Of a DNA stretch of 64,000 bases, positions 18,742-26,797 are shown in pieces. The stretch comes from a bacterium (GTDB lineage Bacteria; Patescibacteriota; Andersenbacteria; UBA10190), in contig JBDRMS010000001.1 in NCBI GenBank assembly GCA_043811915.1, positions 14,499 through 78,498 on the forward strand, in the 5' to 3' direction. The notes under the pieces were generated by a model. It ran no database searches. It was not told where the DNA came from and saw only the letters and a list, made by a program, of their open reading frames with translations. Numbering within the stretch: the stretch's first letter is position 1; each line of letters starts with the position of its first letter. Made by a program: the position numbers and the translations under genes.

Positions 18742-19458
18742 ATGAAAAAACTACTTATTATCGTTTTGGCAGGTTTGCTAATAGCCCCCTCGGCATATGC
18801 CGAGTTTAGAGTGCTGCCATTTTCTTATTCTACTCCATATATTCCTTATAACCCTACTCCAAGAATAGCACCCAGCGTAACGCTACCCCTTATTCCACCT
18901 CCTATTACAACAAAACCAGTCGCAAGAGTACCCGTAACTCCAGTGGACGTTACTCCTTTCGATGAAGCTAGGGCTAAGCTCTTTGCAGACTGGGCTGAAA
19001 CAAACAGAGTAAGTGCGGAACGTTGGGCTGAAAAAGATAGATTAGCGAAAGAACAGCAGGCTGCAAAAGTAGTTCCTGAAGTACCCAATTACTTAGTCCC
19101 TTGGGTAATAGGGCAGATATTCAGCGATGTATATGGACATAAAATAACTCCTTCAGAAAGCACCTACTGGAAAAATCGAATGCGTACGGATAAACCCACC
19201 ATTGCAAGTCTTCAAGGCGCAATGTATTGGCATAAATCTCATGGCTCAACTGGTGTAACTGTCTCTCAAGTTGCGGGAGCTACAATGAGCTCTACTGATT
19301 TAGTTGGCCAAATTAACTCTTTGTTCCGTTCTGTCTACGAACGTAACCCCTCTATATCTGAAAACAAATACTGGCTAACACGTATTGCAGATAAGCCTAC
19401 AGAGGAAATGATGCTTGGTGCAATGATATTTCATAAGTTAAATAACATTAGTCACTAA
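18742..19458 (+). CDS. Secreted Pro-rich protein with two copies of a ~45-aa module (DUF4214-like)
   Basis: Signal peptide MKKLLIIVLAGLLIAPSAYA; repeats IFSDVYGHKITPSESTYWKNRMRTDKPTIASLQGAMYWHKS and INSLFRSVYERNPSISENKYWLTRIADKPTEEMMLGAMIFHKL. Confidence 0.55.
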   Translation: MKKLLIIVLAGLLIAPSAYAEFRVLPFSYSTPYIPYNPTPRIAPSVTLPLIPPPITTKPVARVPVTPVDVTPFDEARAKLFADWAETNRVSAERWAEKDRLAKEQQAAKVVPEVPNYLVPWVIGQIFSDVYGHKITPSESTYWKNRMRTDKPTIASLQGAMYWHKSHGSTGVTVSQVAGATMSSTDLVGQINSLFRSVYERNPSISENKYWLTRIADKPTEEMMLGAMIFHKLNNISH

Positions 19459-19469
19459 GGGCAACAAAA

Positions 19470-19886
19470 TCACTTCTTAACATTTTGTTGCATCGCATTA
19501 AAAATATTTACTTGTGAAGACCCTTTATCAATGCCCAATAACCGCCCAAAAACAAGAAAATACTTAAATCTTGTAACGTAGTCCGGCACTTCCCTGTAAT
19601 AAACACTCTTTGTTGCTCCAAGCCCGTCTGAGAGAGCCCTCATATATGTTTCCGCAGTAAACCCCCCAACGGCCAAAAGGTCAGAAACACTAACTTTTGC
19701 TAACTGACGAGCACCTAATACCCTCGCAGACTGTTTTGTTACATGAGGATGAAGTTTTATATACGCTTTGCTGGCATTGCCTCCATTCTCAAACCACTCA
19801 TTAAAAAACAAGGCCAGCGCCTTATCATCTCGAAAGACTTCTGATAGGGTCCCCTGTGTTGGTTCTATCGCCTGAATATTGCCCAT
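19470..19886 (-). CDS. Phage terminase small subunit-like protein (Terminase_2-type HTH)
   Basis: ATG 19886 (ORF-track start is TTG); FFNEWFENGGNASKAYIKLHPHVTKQSARVLGARQL matches TerS N-terminal consensus (F..Y...GNat.A...AGYs.ktA...a.rLL); no large terminase nearby. Confidence 0.45.
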   Translation of the reverse strand: MGNIQAIEPTQGTLSEVFRDDKALALFFNEWFENGGNASKAYIKLHPHVTKQSARVLGARQLAKVSVSDLLAVGGFTAETYMRALSDGLGATKSVYYREVPDYVTRFKYFLVFGRLLGIDKGSSQVNIFNAMQQNVKK

Positions 19887-20129
19887 GTTTATATTTTGTC
19901 GAACATGAGGCTTGGTTTTCAACTCAGAGTCGCGTACCAGGTGTTCCAAACTTTAAGAAAAATCACAGCCGACTTACAACAACCACGCCAAAAGCACATA
20001 CTAAATAGTCATATTCCTATTCCAACAATCTCTTATCTGGTAACATAAACTTTCCTATCGCCGCCTCACAAGCAGCTTCATAGTTTTAATAGTTTTGACA
20101 CCAAGTGTTAAATCGTTACCACTATCCTC

Positions 20130-20333
20130 TTAACTGTTTTTGGCGTCCTCTTTCATTTGATTAGTTCCTTTACGCCAAAGATAGATGCCATTTATCACGA
20201 TCAATAAATAAATCAATGCACCGAAGATACTCCCTGAATCACTTTCGAAGGCACCAATAACACACCCAACAATCCCCAAGCCTCCAAGTACCACCATTGG
20301 CAACCCTACAATACGTCTCCAATTAGATTTCAT
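20130..20333 (-). CDS. Small membrane protein (2 TM)
   Basis: 67 aa, two hydrophobic helices, basic C-terminus. Confidence 0.3.
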   Translation of the reverse strand: MKSNWRRIVGLPMVVLGGLGIVGCVIGAFESDSGSIFGALIYLLIVINGIYLWRKGTNQMKEDAKNS

Positions 20334-20491
20334 GACATTACGGTAGCAGTCGCTTGATCAAGTTGCAACGATTACAAGCACAGCCGGGCTATAAGCCGCT
20401 GTTTGGGTTCGCCTTACAAGCAATCCATCTAACCCGTGTCGTTATTATCATTGCCTAGGATGTTTTCTAACTGCTAGACTTAATAAGGTTA

Positions 20492-21253
20492 ATGTCTATT
20501 GAAGATCACGTAGAAATCAAGCTTGATACCCTGAACGCAATATCTGCGCACGAGCATAAGCTAGTCGAAGCTGCACCTGAAAAGTATGGAGCTTATTGGG
20601 AGAATGCTGAGAAAAGTGTTATGGCGATTCAAACCTTTTCAGTGAAATATGAGCGAGAGGCTCTGGTCTCAATGTTTCTCCTGGTGGCAATGAATCAGTA
20701 TGCTTCCCTTGCTTTGTTGTCGGCTGCGAGAAAACATGCGGCGCAATCAGCGCTATGTTTTAGGTTTATGCTTGAAGCCGCAGTGCTTTCAGCGTATTCG
20801 CTTTTTGACGACCAAATGTCGCAGTTGTCTAAACCAGGTACCGCCCAATCTATAGTGGAGAAATTTATGAATCTTAAAGAATCGAAGAATATCAGAAAAA
20901 AAGCACATGCTTGGATTGAAGAAAGTTTTCCAACCCACTCTTCGCGTATCGAGGAGCTAAAAACAAAATATATAAACAAGATATATGCCCATGTAAATAT
21001 TCCTAACGTGATTTCTGCTGTACGCTCAGCTGAGAAGATTTCTGGTTCTTTGTTTTTCGACGCGGAGGATAGTTACGCAATAAAGCGATCTATGTGGGCT
21101 ATAACAGATGGCATTCTTTGCTCAATTGATTTAGTCTCAGCCTCATTCGCAAAAAGCAGTAAGGGGAAACTTGACCCGCGCGCACTTAGTAGGTTGTACA
21201 AAATCCAACAAGTCCACCTAAAGCTAAAAACGGAGTTGAAGAAAGGGCGATAA
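20492..21253 (+). CDS. Hypothetical all-alpha protein (unknown cargo)
   Basis: 253 aa ORF with ATG start; no motif recognised. Confidence 0.4.
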   Translation: MSIEDHVEIKLDTLNAISAHEHKLVEAAPEKYGAYWENAEKSVMAIQTFSVKYEREALVSMFLLVAMNQYASLALLSAARKHAAQSALCFRFMLEAAVLSAYSLFDDQMSQLSKPGTAQSIVEKFMNLKESKNIRKKAHAWIEESFPTHSSRIEELKTKYINKIYAHVNIPNVISAVRSAEKISGSLFFDAEDSYAIKRSMWAITDGILCSIDLVSASFAKSSKGKLDPRALSRLYKIQQVHLKLKTELKKGR

Positions 21254-21258
21254 GATGG

Positions 21259-21282
21259 TTTCAAACTCTTCCTACCTGCTGG
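21259..21282. repeat. Degenerate copy of tRNA-Tyr 3' end (candidate attR)
   Basis: TTCAAACTCTTCCTACCTGCTGG vs tRNA 3' GGTTCAACTCCTACCCGCTGG: 12/14 identical over the 3'-most 14 nt, partial match further 5' with indels. Confidence 0.3.
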
Positions 21283-21424
21283 GGTTGTAAGTAAAGCTAC
21301 GCGGGCTGAAATATCGCCGCCAGCGTCCTAACTTCTCCAAACAATTGGTCTATTATGCTATCTTTAGCGGTTCGACGTGATAATATAAGGGTGGACATTT
21401 TAAGGATTACAAATAATGGTGGCT

Positions 21425-21475
21425 GACCCCATTAACTGCCCCATTAACTGACCCATTAACTGACCCCATTAACCC
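21425..21475. repeat. Tandem repeat, 12-13 bp unit GACCCCATTAACT x4
   Basis: GACCCCATTAACT GCCCCATTAACT GACCCATTAACT GACCCCATTAACC read directly; 55-105 bp upstream of ORF 21531. Confidence 0.8.
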
Positions 21476-21530
21476 TAAAAACCGTACGGCAGTTGACAAG
21501 ATAAGGGGTTGTGTTGTATGTTCAGCGGTT

Positions 21531-21887
21531 ATGATTGAGAAACGTTCAATAGTACTGACCATCGTTGTTTTAGCCATGTTGTTTGCAGGTATGCTTTTGT
21601 ACTTGTTTACTTCCGGCGGGGGCTTGCCGCAAGCAAAAATTGCCATAAATCCTGAAGAGCCACAAGCAATGGAAGCAACGGACGCGCCGGAAGCGGAGAT
21701 AACGGCCGGGGTGACGGATGTGAGCGTAGTGAATGAAGCGAAGGATGAGGCTCTTGATGTATCACCAACTGCGGCCACGGGGGTAAAAGGCTATGTGATC
21801 ATGGCCGCGGGGCTGGCCGTGCTGATGGGGCTGATTGGTTTGATTACTGCCTGGCGGAAGTCTTCAGCTCGGCAAGTTGAGCTGTAA
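21531..21887 (+). CDS. Small acidic surface protein with N-terminal TM/signal and C-terminal sortase-like sorting signal (motif-hydrophobic-basic tail)
   Basis: C-terminus ...SPTAATGVKGYVIMAAGLAVLMGLIGLITAWRKSSARQVEL; competing minus-strand ORF 21407..21778 is low complexity. Confidence 0.4.
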   Translation: MIEKRSIVLTIVVLAMLFAGMLLYLFTSGGGLPQAKIAINPEEPQAMEATDAPEAEITAGVTDVSVVNEAKDEALDVSPTAATGVKGYVIMAAGLAVLMGLIGLITAWRKSSARQVEL

Positions 21888-22758
21888 GGGAATGTTGCAG
21901 AGGCAGGTTGTCCATGCGGCGAGCAATAGATAGTAGTCGTTTAATAATGACGACGTTGCTCGGGTCGGCGTCGTGAGCCTTTTTGAGTGCTTCCATGGCT
22001 TTGGTTAGCCTACCGGCCTTGTAGTTGGCGTAGCCCAGAGCGGCATAACACCCCTTGGTGTTTGGCTTAAGGCTAACTACTTGCTCAAACACTTCAGAGG
22101 CTTCACTCCAGTTATGGCGGCCCAGAGCGGCTTTGCCCAGCAGCATGTAGGCGTGCGTGTTCCTGGGATGCTTAGCCAGAAATGGAACCAGTGTTTTTTC
22201 GGCGCTTTGGTAACGACAAGCGCTTAGCTGCTGGCGGGCTGTATCGAGAGAAGTAGCTTTTGGTTTTTTGAAAAAAATCTTTTTGGCCAGGGTGGGTTTG
22301 GCGCTTGGTGTCAGGCTCACCGGCGGGGAGGAGACGGGCTTGGCAGAGACCGGTTTTTCTATCATGCGTAAGACCGGCCTGGTTTCTTTTGATGTAATTT
22401 TCTGGCTAATCTTCACCTGGCCGGCTTTCTCTTTAGCTTTATTGAGTGTGCGGCGAATTTTGGCCAGGTATTTGGTGGGTGGCTTGATAGTGGGAAGATT
22501 GCGCAGGGCAGCTATTTTTTCTTTAATTTGAAGTAGCAGCTGCTGGAGCGAGTGTCCAGCAACAGATAACCGATTTTTTATTACGTGAACACTTTTTTGA
22601 CTCGGTCCAAGTAACACGGCGAAGTCGCGAGTACTGGTGGTGCGGACGGCGGCGGCGAGATTTTGCCGATGCAACCTGGTCACTACTCGAGAAACAACGT
22701 AAATAGTCCCTCCGAGGGAGGCGAAGAATACCAGAGGAGGAAGGACATTGTATAGCAT
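21844..22758 (-). CDS. Membrane-anchored TPR-repeat protein
   Basis: ATG 22758 (GTG at 22764 alternative); N-terminal TM; C-terminal TPR-like helices (AYMLLGKAALGRHNWSEASEVFEQVVSLKPNTKGCYAALGYANYKAGRLTKAMEALKKA). Confidence 0.55.
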   Translation of the reverse strand: MLYNVLPPLVFFASLGGTIYVVSRVVTRLHRQNLAAAVRTTSTRDFAVLLGPSQKSVHVIKNRLSVAGHSLQQLLLQIKEKIAALRNLPTIKPPTKYLAKIRRTLNKAKEKAGQVKISQKITSKETRPVLRMIEKPVSAKPVSSPPVSLTPSAKPTLAKKIFFKKPKATSLDTARQQLSACRYQSAEKTLVPFLAKHPRNTHAYMLLGKAALGRHNWSEASEVFEQVVSLKPNTKGCYAALGYANYKAGRLTKAMEALKKAHDADPSNVVIIKRLLSIARRMDNLPLQHSLTAQLAELKTSARQ

Positions 22759-22839
22759 GCGCACTTGTTCACTGTCATCTTATCAAGAGTGAACTGCTCC
22801 GCCAAGAGGTTTAAGCGCGACTTATTAACAATTTTTCCC

Positions 22840-23424
22840 CTATATGGCTATACGAGTGAATTCGCCGATACTGATATTTTCGCCAAGTTCCTGAATAGCC
22901 TCTTTGATTAGATCTGCAACAGTTTTATTAGGATCTTTGACGAAGGGCTGGGTAAGCAAGGCTCTTTCGGAGCGGAACTTATTGAGTTTGCCGGCAACCA
23001 TTTTGATTTGAATCTCCTTCGGTTTGCCCGACTCTCTGGCTTGTTCTTCGGCGATGGCTTGTTCTTCGGCGATAGCTTGTTCAGAAATGTCATCGGGGCT
23101 AACGGCCACCGGGTCCATGGCGGCAATGTGCAGGGCAATACTATGAGCTAACTCCTGAAATTTACTGTTGCGGGCAACAAAGTCTGTTTCACACAAGAGT
23201 GTGACCAAAACGGCAATTTTACCGTTGCCGTGAGTATAGGAGGCGATTGTTCCTTCGCGGGTATCACGCTCGGCTTTTTTGGCAGCGCCGGCTATGCCCT
23301 TTTTTCGCAGGACAACAATAGCCTGTTCAATGTCGCCGTTGGTTTCCTGCAAGGCTTTCTGGCAGTCAACAATGCCGCAGCCGGTGCGGTTTCTTAATTC
23401 CTTAACTTGTTTTGGTCTAATCAT
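22840..23424 (-). CDS. tsf: Elongation factor Ts
   Basis: N-terminal UBA-like MIRPKQVKELRNRTGCGIVDCQKALQETNGDIEQAI; short-form EF-Ts. Confidence 0.9.
   Translation of the reverse strand: MIRPKQVKELRNRTGCGIVDCQKALQETNGDIEQAIVVLRKKGIAGAAKKAERDTREGTIASYTHGNGKIAVLVTLLCETDFVARNSKFQELAHSIALHIAAMDPVAVSPDDISEQAIAEEQAIAEEQARESGKPKEIQIKMVAGKLNKFRSERALLTQPFVKDPNKTVADLIKEAIQELGENISIGEFTRIAI
23040..23075. repeat. In-frame 18-bp tandem duplication inside tsf (encodes QAIAEE x2)
   Basis: CTTGTTCTTCGGCGATGG / CTTGTTCTTCGGCGATAG adjacent copies. Confidence 0.6.
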
Positions 23425-24128
23425 TTTGATGGGCGATTTTTAAGGATAGCTTTAGTTAACGTACCGACAATAAGATCTATGGAACGAATGGCGTCGTCAT
23501 TGGCCGGAATGGGATAATCGAGCAGTTCAGGGTCGGTGTTGGTGTCGGTAATACCAACAATCGGAATACCCACACGTTTAGCTTCACGCACGGCTAGTTT
23601 TTCATCATGAGCGCCAACGACGATAACGACGGCTGGCAGCTTGCGCAGATTTTTTATTCCTTCAAGAACCTCCTCCAGGCGTTCGATTTCCTTGGCATGG
23701 ACAGAGCGTTCTTTTTTGGTCATTTTTTCCATGGCCGGTGTTTCGGTCATGCCCTTGAGCTCATCCAGTTTTTCGATGCTTTTGAGGACGGTAGAAAAAT
23801 TAGTGAGCGTGCCGCCAAGCCAGCGCTGAGTAACATAGGGCTGGCCCACGCTTTCAGCGTACTTGCGGACAATGTCACGGGCCTGGCGCTTGGTGCCGAC
23901 AAAGAGAATTTCTTTATTAGCATCCTTGCTGACTTGATGAACAAATTCTACCGCTCTGGCCAGGGCGGTGTGGGTTTTTTCCAGGTCAATAATGGCCATG
24001 CGGTTGCGAAGCATGAAGACATAGCTGTCCATACGAGGGTTTTTCTTACTGCGTTCGTGACCGAAGTGAACCCCGGCTTCCAGCATGTCTATTAGCTTGG
24101 GAATTTGAACTGGTGTATTAGTGGCCAT
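23421..24128 (-). CDS. rpsB: 30S ribosomal protein S2
   Basis: MATNTPVQIPKLIDMLEAGVHFGHERSKKNPRM matches S2 N-terminus (AGVHFGHQTRRWNPKM); start at second in-frame ATG. Confidence 0.9.
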   Translation of the reverse strand: MATNTPVQIPKLIDMLEAGVHFGHERSKKNPRMDSYVFMLRNRMAIIDLEKTHTALARAVEFVHQVSKDANKEILFVGTKRQARDIVRKYAESVGQPYVTQRWLGGTLTNFSTVLKSIEKLDELKGMTETPAMEKMTKKERSVHAKEIERLEEVLEGIKNLRKLPAVVIVVGAHDEKLAVREAKRVGIPIVGITDTNTDPELLDYPIPANDDAIRSIDLIVGTLTKAILKNRPSK

Positions 24129-24191
24129 AATGAGGCATACCATAACCTAACTACTTGTAAAAAACAACTCTATTTACTATAATCAGCAGGC

Positions 24192-24467
24192 ATGAAAGCA
24201 AAAATACATCCTAAATACCACAAAAAGGCAAAAGCAGCGTGTTCCTGCGGCGTTAAGTTTGAAGTCGGCTCAACGGAAGAGAAGCTGGAAGTTGAAGTGT
24301 GCTCCAGTTGTCATCCTTTTTACACAGGCAAGCAAAAACTGGCTGACGTAGCAGGAAGAATAGACAAGTTCAAAAAACGCTTGTCTCAAGCCGAGAAGGC
24401 TGATAAAAATAAGAAGATAAAGAAAGAGCGAAAAAAAACCAGGAAGGATACTACCGTGAAGCTTTAG
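24192..24467 (+). CDS. rpmE: 50S ribosomal protein L31
   Basis: [28 protein letters not shown]...[13 protein letters not shown] matches L31 (CxxC...CxxCHPF). Confidence 0.9.
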   Translation: MKAKIHPKYHKKAKAACSCGVKFEVGSTEEKLEVEVCSSCHPFYTGKQKLADVAGRIDKFKKRLSQAEKADKNKKIKKERKKTRKDTTVKL

Positions 24468-24470
24468 CTG

Positions 24471-25550
24471 ATGAAGTTGCCGAGCGCTAAACAACTGGAA
24501 CAGGAGCTGGACCAGCTGGCGCAGCAGATGGCTGATCCGGCAGTAGCTAGGCAACCGGCTCGAATGCGAGAGCTGGCGAACGAGCATCGCCAAAAAAAAG
24601 AACTGTTTTTGTTAGTGGAGAAGCGTGAGGTGGTATTGAAAGAATTGGACGAGCTTGCTGAACTGGTAAAGTCGGAGCAGGCAGAGCTGCAAGATCTGGC
24701 ATGGCAGGATAAAGAACGGCTGGAGTTGGAGATGGCCAGACTCAATGAACAAATTGAGATAACCTTGACCCCGAGAGATCCGCGTGACGCACGTGACGTG
24801 ATGCTGGAAATACGGGCTGGAGCTGGCGGAGAAGAGGCGGCATTATTCGCCGCTGAATTATTTAGAGCATATAGCCGATATGCTGAAATCAGAGGCTGGC
24901 AAGTGCACACTATTAGCTCGACTGCCAGCGAGCAAGGCGGCTATAAGGAGATCGTGGCGGAAGTAAACGCTGCCCCACTTCGCCAAGGCTTCGCGGGGCA
25001 AACTTCAGGCCCTTTCGAGGTCCTGAAGTTTGAGAGGGGTGTACAACGGGTGCAGCGGGTGCCAGAGACAGAAAAGATGGGACGTATTCACACTTCCACG
25101 GTGACGGTGGCAGTGTTACCGCAGGCGAAGGAAGTAGATATTGAAGTGCGACCAGAGGATTTGCGTATTGATACTTACCGCGCCAGCGGCGCGGGCGGCC
25201 AGCATGTAAACAAGACCAGTTCAGCCGTGCGTATCACGCACTTGCCCACCAATACTGTGGTGGCGGTACAGGACGAGAGAAGCCAGCACAAAAATAGGTC
25301 CAAGGCTATGAGTGTACTGCGGACACGGTTATTGGACGCGCAGGAACGAGCGAGACATAGCGAGGAAGCCAGTGAGCGAAAGGCTCAAGTGGGTACGGGT
25401 GACAGGTCGGAAAAAATTCGAACTTACAACTACCCGCAGGATCGGATAACTGATCACAGAATAAAGAAGTCCTGGAGTAATATTTCGAAAGTTATGGAAG
25501 GGAACTTTGATAATATTTTTAATGATCTCAAAGAGAATAAGAAAGAATAA
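24471..25550 (+). CDS. prfA: Peptide chain release factor 1
   Basis: GGQ motif ([11 protein letters not shown]), P-x-T tripeptide (RVPETE), RF1-like N-terminus. Confidence 0.9.
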   Translation: MKLPSAKQLEQELDQLAQQMADPAVARQPARMRELANEHRQKKELFLLVEKREVVLKELDELAELVKSEQAELQDLAWQDKERLELEMARLNEQIEITLTPRDPRDARDVMLEIRAGAGGEEAALFAAELFRAYSRYAEIRGWQVHTISSTASEQGGYKEIVAEVNAAPLRQGFAGQTSGPFEVLKFERGVQRVQRVPETEKMGRIHTSTVTVAVLPQAKEVDIEVRPEDLRIDTYRASGAGGQHVNKTSSAVRITHLPTNTVVAVQDERSQHKNRSKAMSVLRTRLLDAQERARHSEEASERKAQVGTGDRSEKIRTYNYPQDRITDHRIKKSWSNISKVMEGNFDNIFNDLKENKKE

Positions 25551-25557
25551 AGCCCAA

Positions 25558-26304
25558 ATGCCAAAATCCAAATGTTCAATCAAATCCCAAATCCAAAGGG
25601 CGCGACTACAGCTTGCTCAAGTCTCCGATGCGCCTGAATTGGATGCGACGTGGCTGATGTTGCATGTGCTGGGTCGAGATGAGTCGAGCTGGTTGCAGAT
25701 ACATGGGGAGAATAAATTAAACCCTGAAGAAGAGAGACAATATGCGGAATTGGTTAAACGAAGAAACACCGGGGAGCCACTGGCGTATATTCTGGGTTAT
25801 TGGGAGTTTTATGGACGCAAATTTTTGGTAAATAAAGATGTCCTAATCCCCCGCCCTTCTACCGAAAACCTGGTTGATGCCGTGTTGGCAAAATTACATA
25901 AAGGAATGGTTGTCGCCGACGTGGGAACAGGCAGCGGCTGCGTCATAATTACGCTCGCTTTGGAGCTCGCCAATTTTCAATTTTCAATTTTCAATTTTCA
26001 ATTGCTTGCGACTGACATATCCGACGCAGCATTAAAAATAGCAAAAGAGAATGCCGAATTGCATGGCGTGGCCGATAAAATTGAATTTATTCGAGGAGAT
26101 ATGATGGAAGCTCTAAAAAATATAAAGATAGATTTGATAGTGAGTAACCCGCCGTACGTCCCGACAAAAGAAATATTACCGTTTGAGCCGGCACTGGCGC
26201 TGAATGGCGGCAAGGATGGACAGTATTTTATCAGGCAAATAAAAGCCAGCGGCATTCCGGCGATAGTGGAAGGCATGGGCGGCAAAATTAATTTTTACAC
26301 TTAA
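25558..26304 (+). CDS. prmC: Release factor glutamine N5-methyltransferase
   Basis: LIVSNPPYVP (NPPY) motif, DVGTGSGCV SAM-binding motif; follows prfA. Confidence 0.85.
   Translation: MPKSKCSIKSQIQRARLQLAQVSDAPELDATWLMLHVLGRDESSWLQIHGENKLNPEEERQYAELVKRRNTGEPLAYILGYWEFYGRKFLVNKDVLIPRPSTENLVDAVLAKLHKGMVVADVGTGSGCVIITLALELANFQFSIFNFQLLATDISDAALKIAKENAELHGVADKIEFIRGDMMEALKNIKIDLIVSNPPYVPTKEILPFEPALALNGGKDGQYFIRQIKASGIPAIVEGMGGKINFYT
25971..26005. repeat. Heptanucleotide tandem repeat CAATTTT x4 plus partial fifth, inside prmC CDS
   Basis: caattttcaattttcaattttcaattttcaattgc; encodes ANFQFSIFNFQL insert between SAM motif and ATDIS. Confidence 0.8.
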
Positions 26305-26314
26305 AAAAGAAAAG

Positions 26315-26369
26315 GAGCGAGGGGAAGCGGGCAAAAAAATTTGGGTAAAATTTTTTTGCCCGCTCGCTC
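26315..26369. terminator. Long perfect hairpin (GAGCGAG..GCGGGCAAAAAAAT / ATTTTTTTGCCCGC..TCGCTC), likely bidirectional terminator between convergent genes
   Basis: 14-bp perfect inner stem with A/T tracts on both arms plus 6-bp outer stem. Confidence 0.6.
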
Positions 26370-26406
26370 AAATAACTCTTGGGAGGAAGAAAGCAGACAA
26401 AATTTT

Positions 26407-26682
26407 TTAGTGCGGCGGGTCTTCTGGCCAGTCGTCGAATCTTCTGTTGTCTTTACAGACTAGACAATTCCACGTTTGGATGTATTCCCTGAACTTTTCG
26501 TCAACTTCGGGGGGAATTTTCCACGACGATACCAAATTAGTGGGTCTCATGTTCGGCTGATGTCCCTCGAAGTATACTTTGCGCGTGCGACAGCCTAAAC
26601 AAACTTCGACAAGAATGATTTTCCGGCCTTGCAGTTCGGGCGGCAGGACGGACAGGGCAGCAGGCACTATACTAGTAGACAT
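26407..26682 (-). CDS. Hypothetical zinc-ribbon protein
   Basis: 91 aa; CLGC ... CLVC pairs; GGAAGGAG SD. Confidence 0.4.
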   Translation of the reverse strand: MSTSIVPAALSVLPPELQGRKIILVEVCLGCRTRKVYFEGHQPNMRPTNLVSSWKIPPEVDEKFREYIQTWNCLVCKDNRRFDDWPEDPPH

Positions 26683-26797
26683 TAGACTACTCCTTCCTTA
26701 GGTAGAATTGGTAAGGTGCAAAGAGGTACAAGCAAATTATGGAGAGCGTACTCCGGCGTCGGGATGGACGTCAAGCTCGGCCTGTGGATAAAAAAGA

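Larger units (their letters stand above)
13435..21282. mobile_element. Putative integrative element (phage-satellite/PICI-like or prophage remnant) abutting tRNA-Tyr
   Basis: Serine recombinase overlapping tRNA 3' end, P-loop replication-like gene, lone TerS homolog, unknown/secreted cargo, degenerate copy of tRNA 3' end at 21259-21282. Confidence 0.4.

Noticed and set aside
21407-21778. Minus-strand ORF 21407..21778 (123 aa) ending in VNGSVNGAVNG
   Set aside because: Its C-terminus is simply the translation of the 12-bp tandem repeat; it is low complexity, and the + strand ORF 21531..21887 has membrane-protein character.
24464-24910. Ser/Ala/Cys-rich 148-aa ORF on the minus strand inside prfA; similar antisense ORFs inside rpsB (23607..24095), gyrB, pheT and dnaE
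   Set aside because: Antisense to strongly conserved housekeeping CDSs; GC-skewed codon artefacts.
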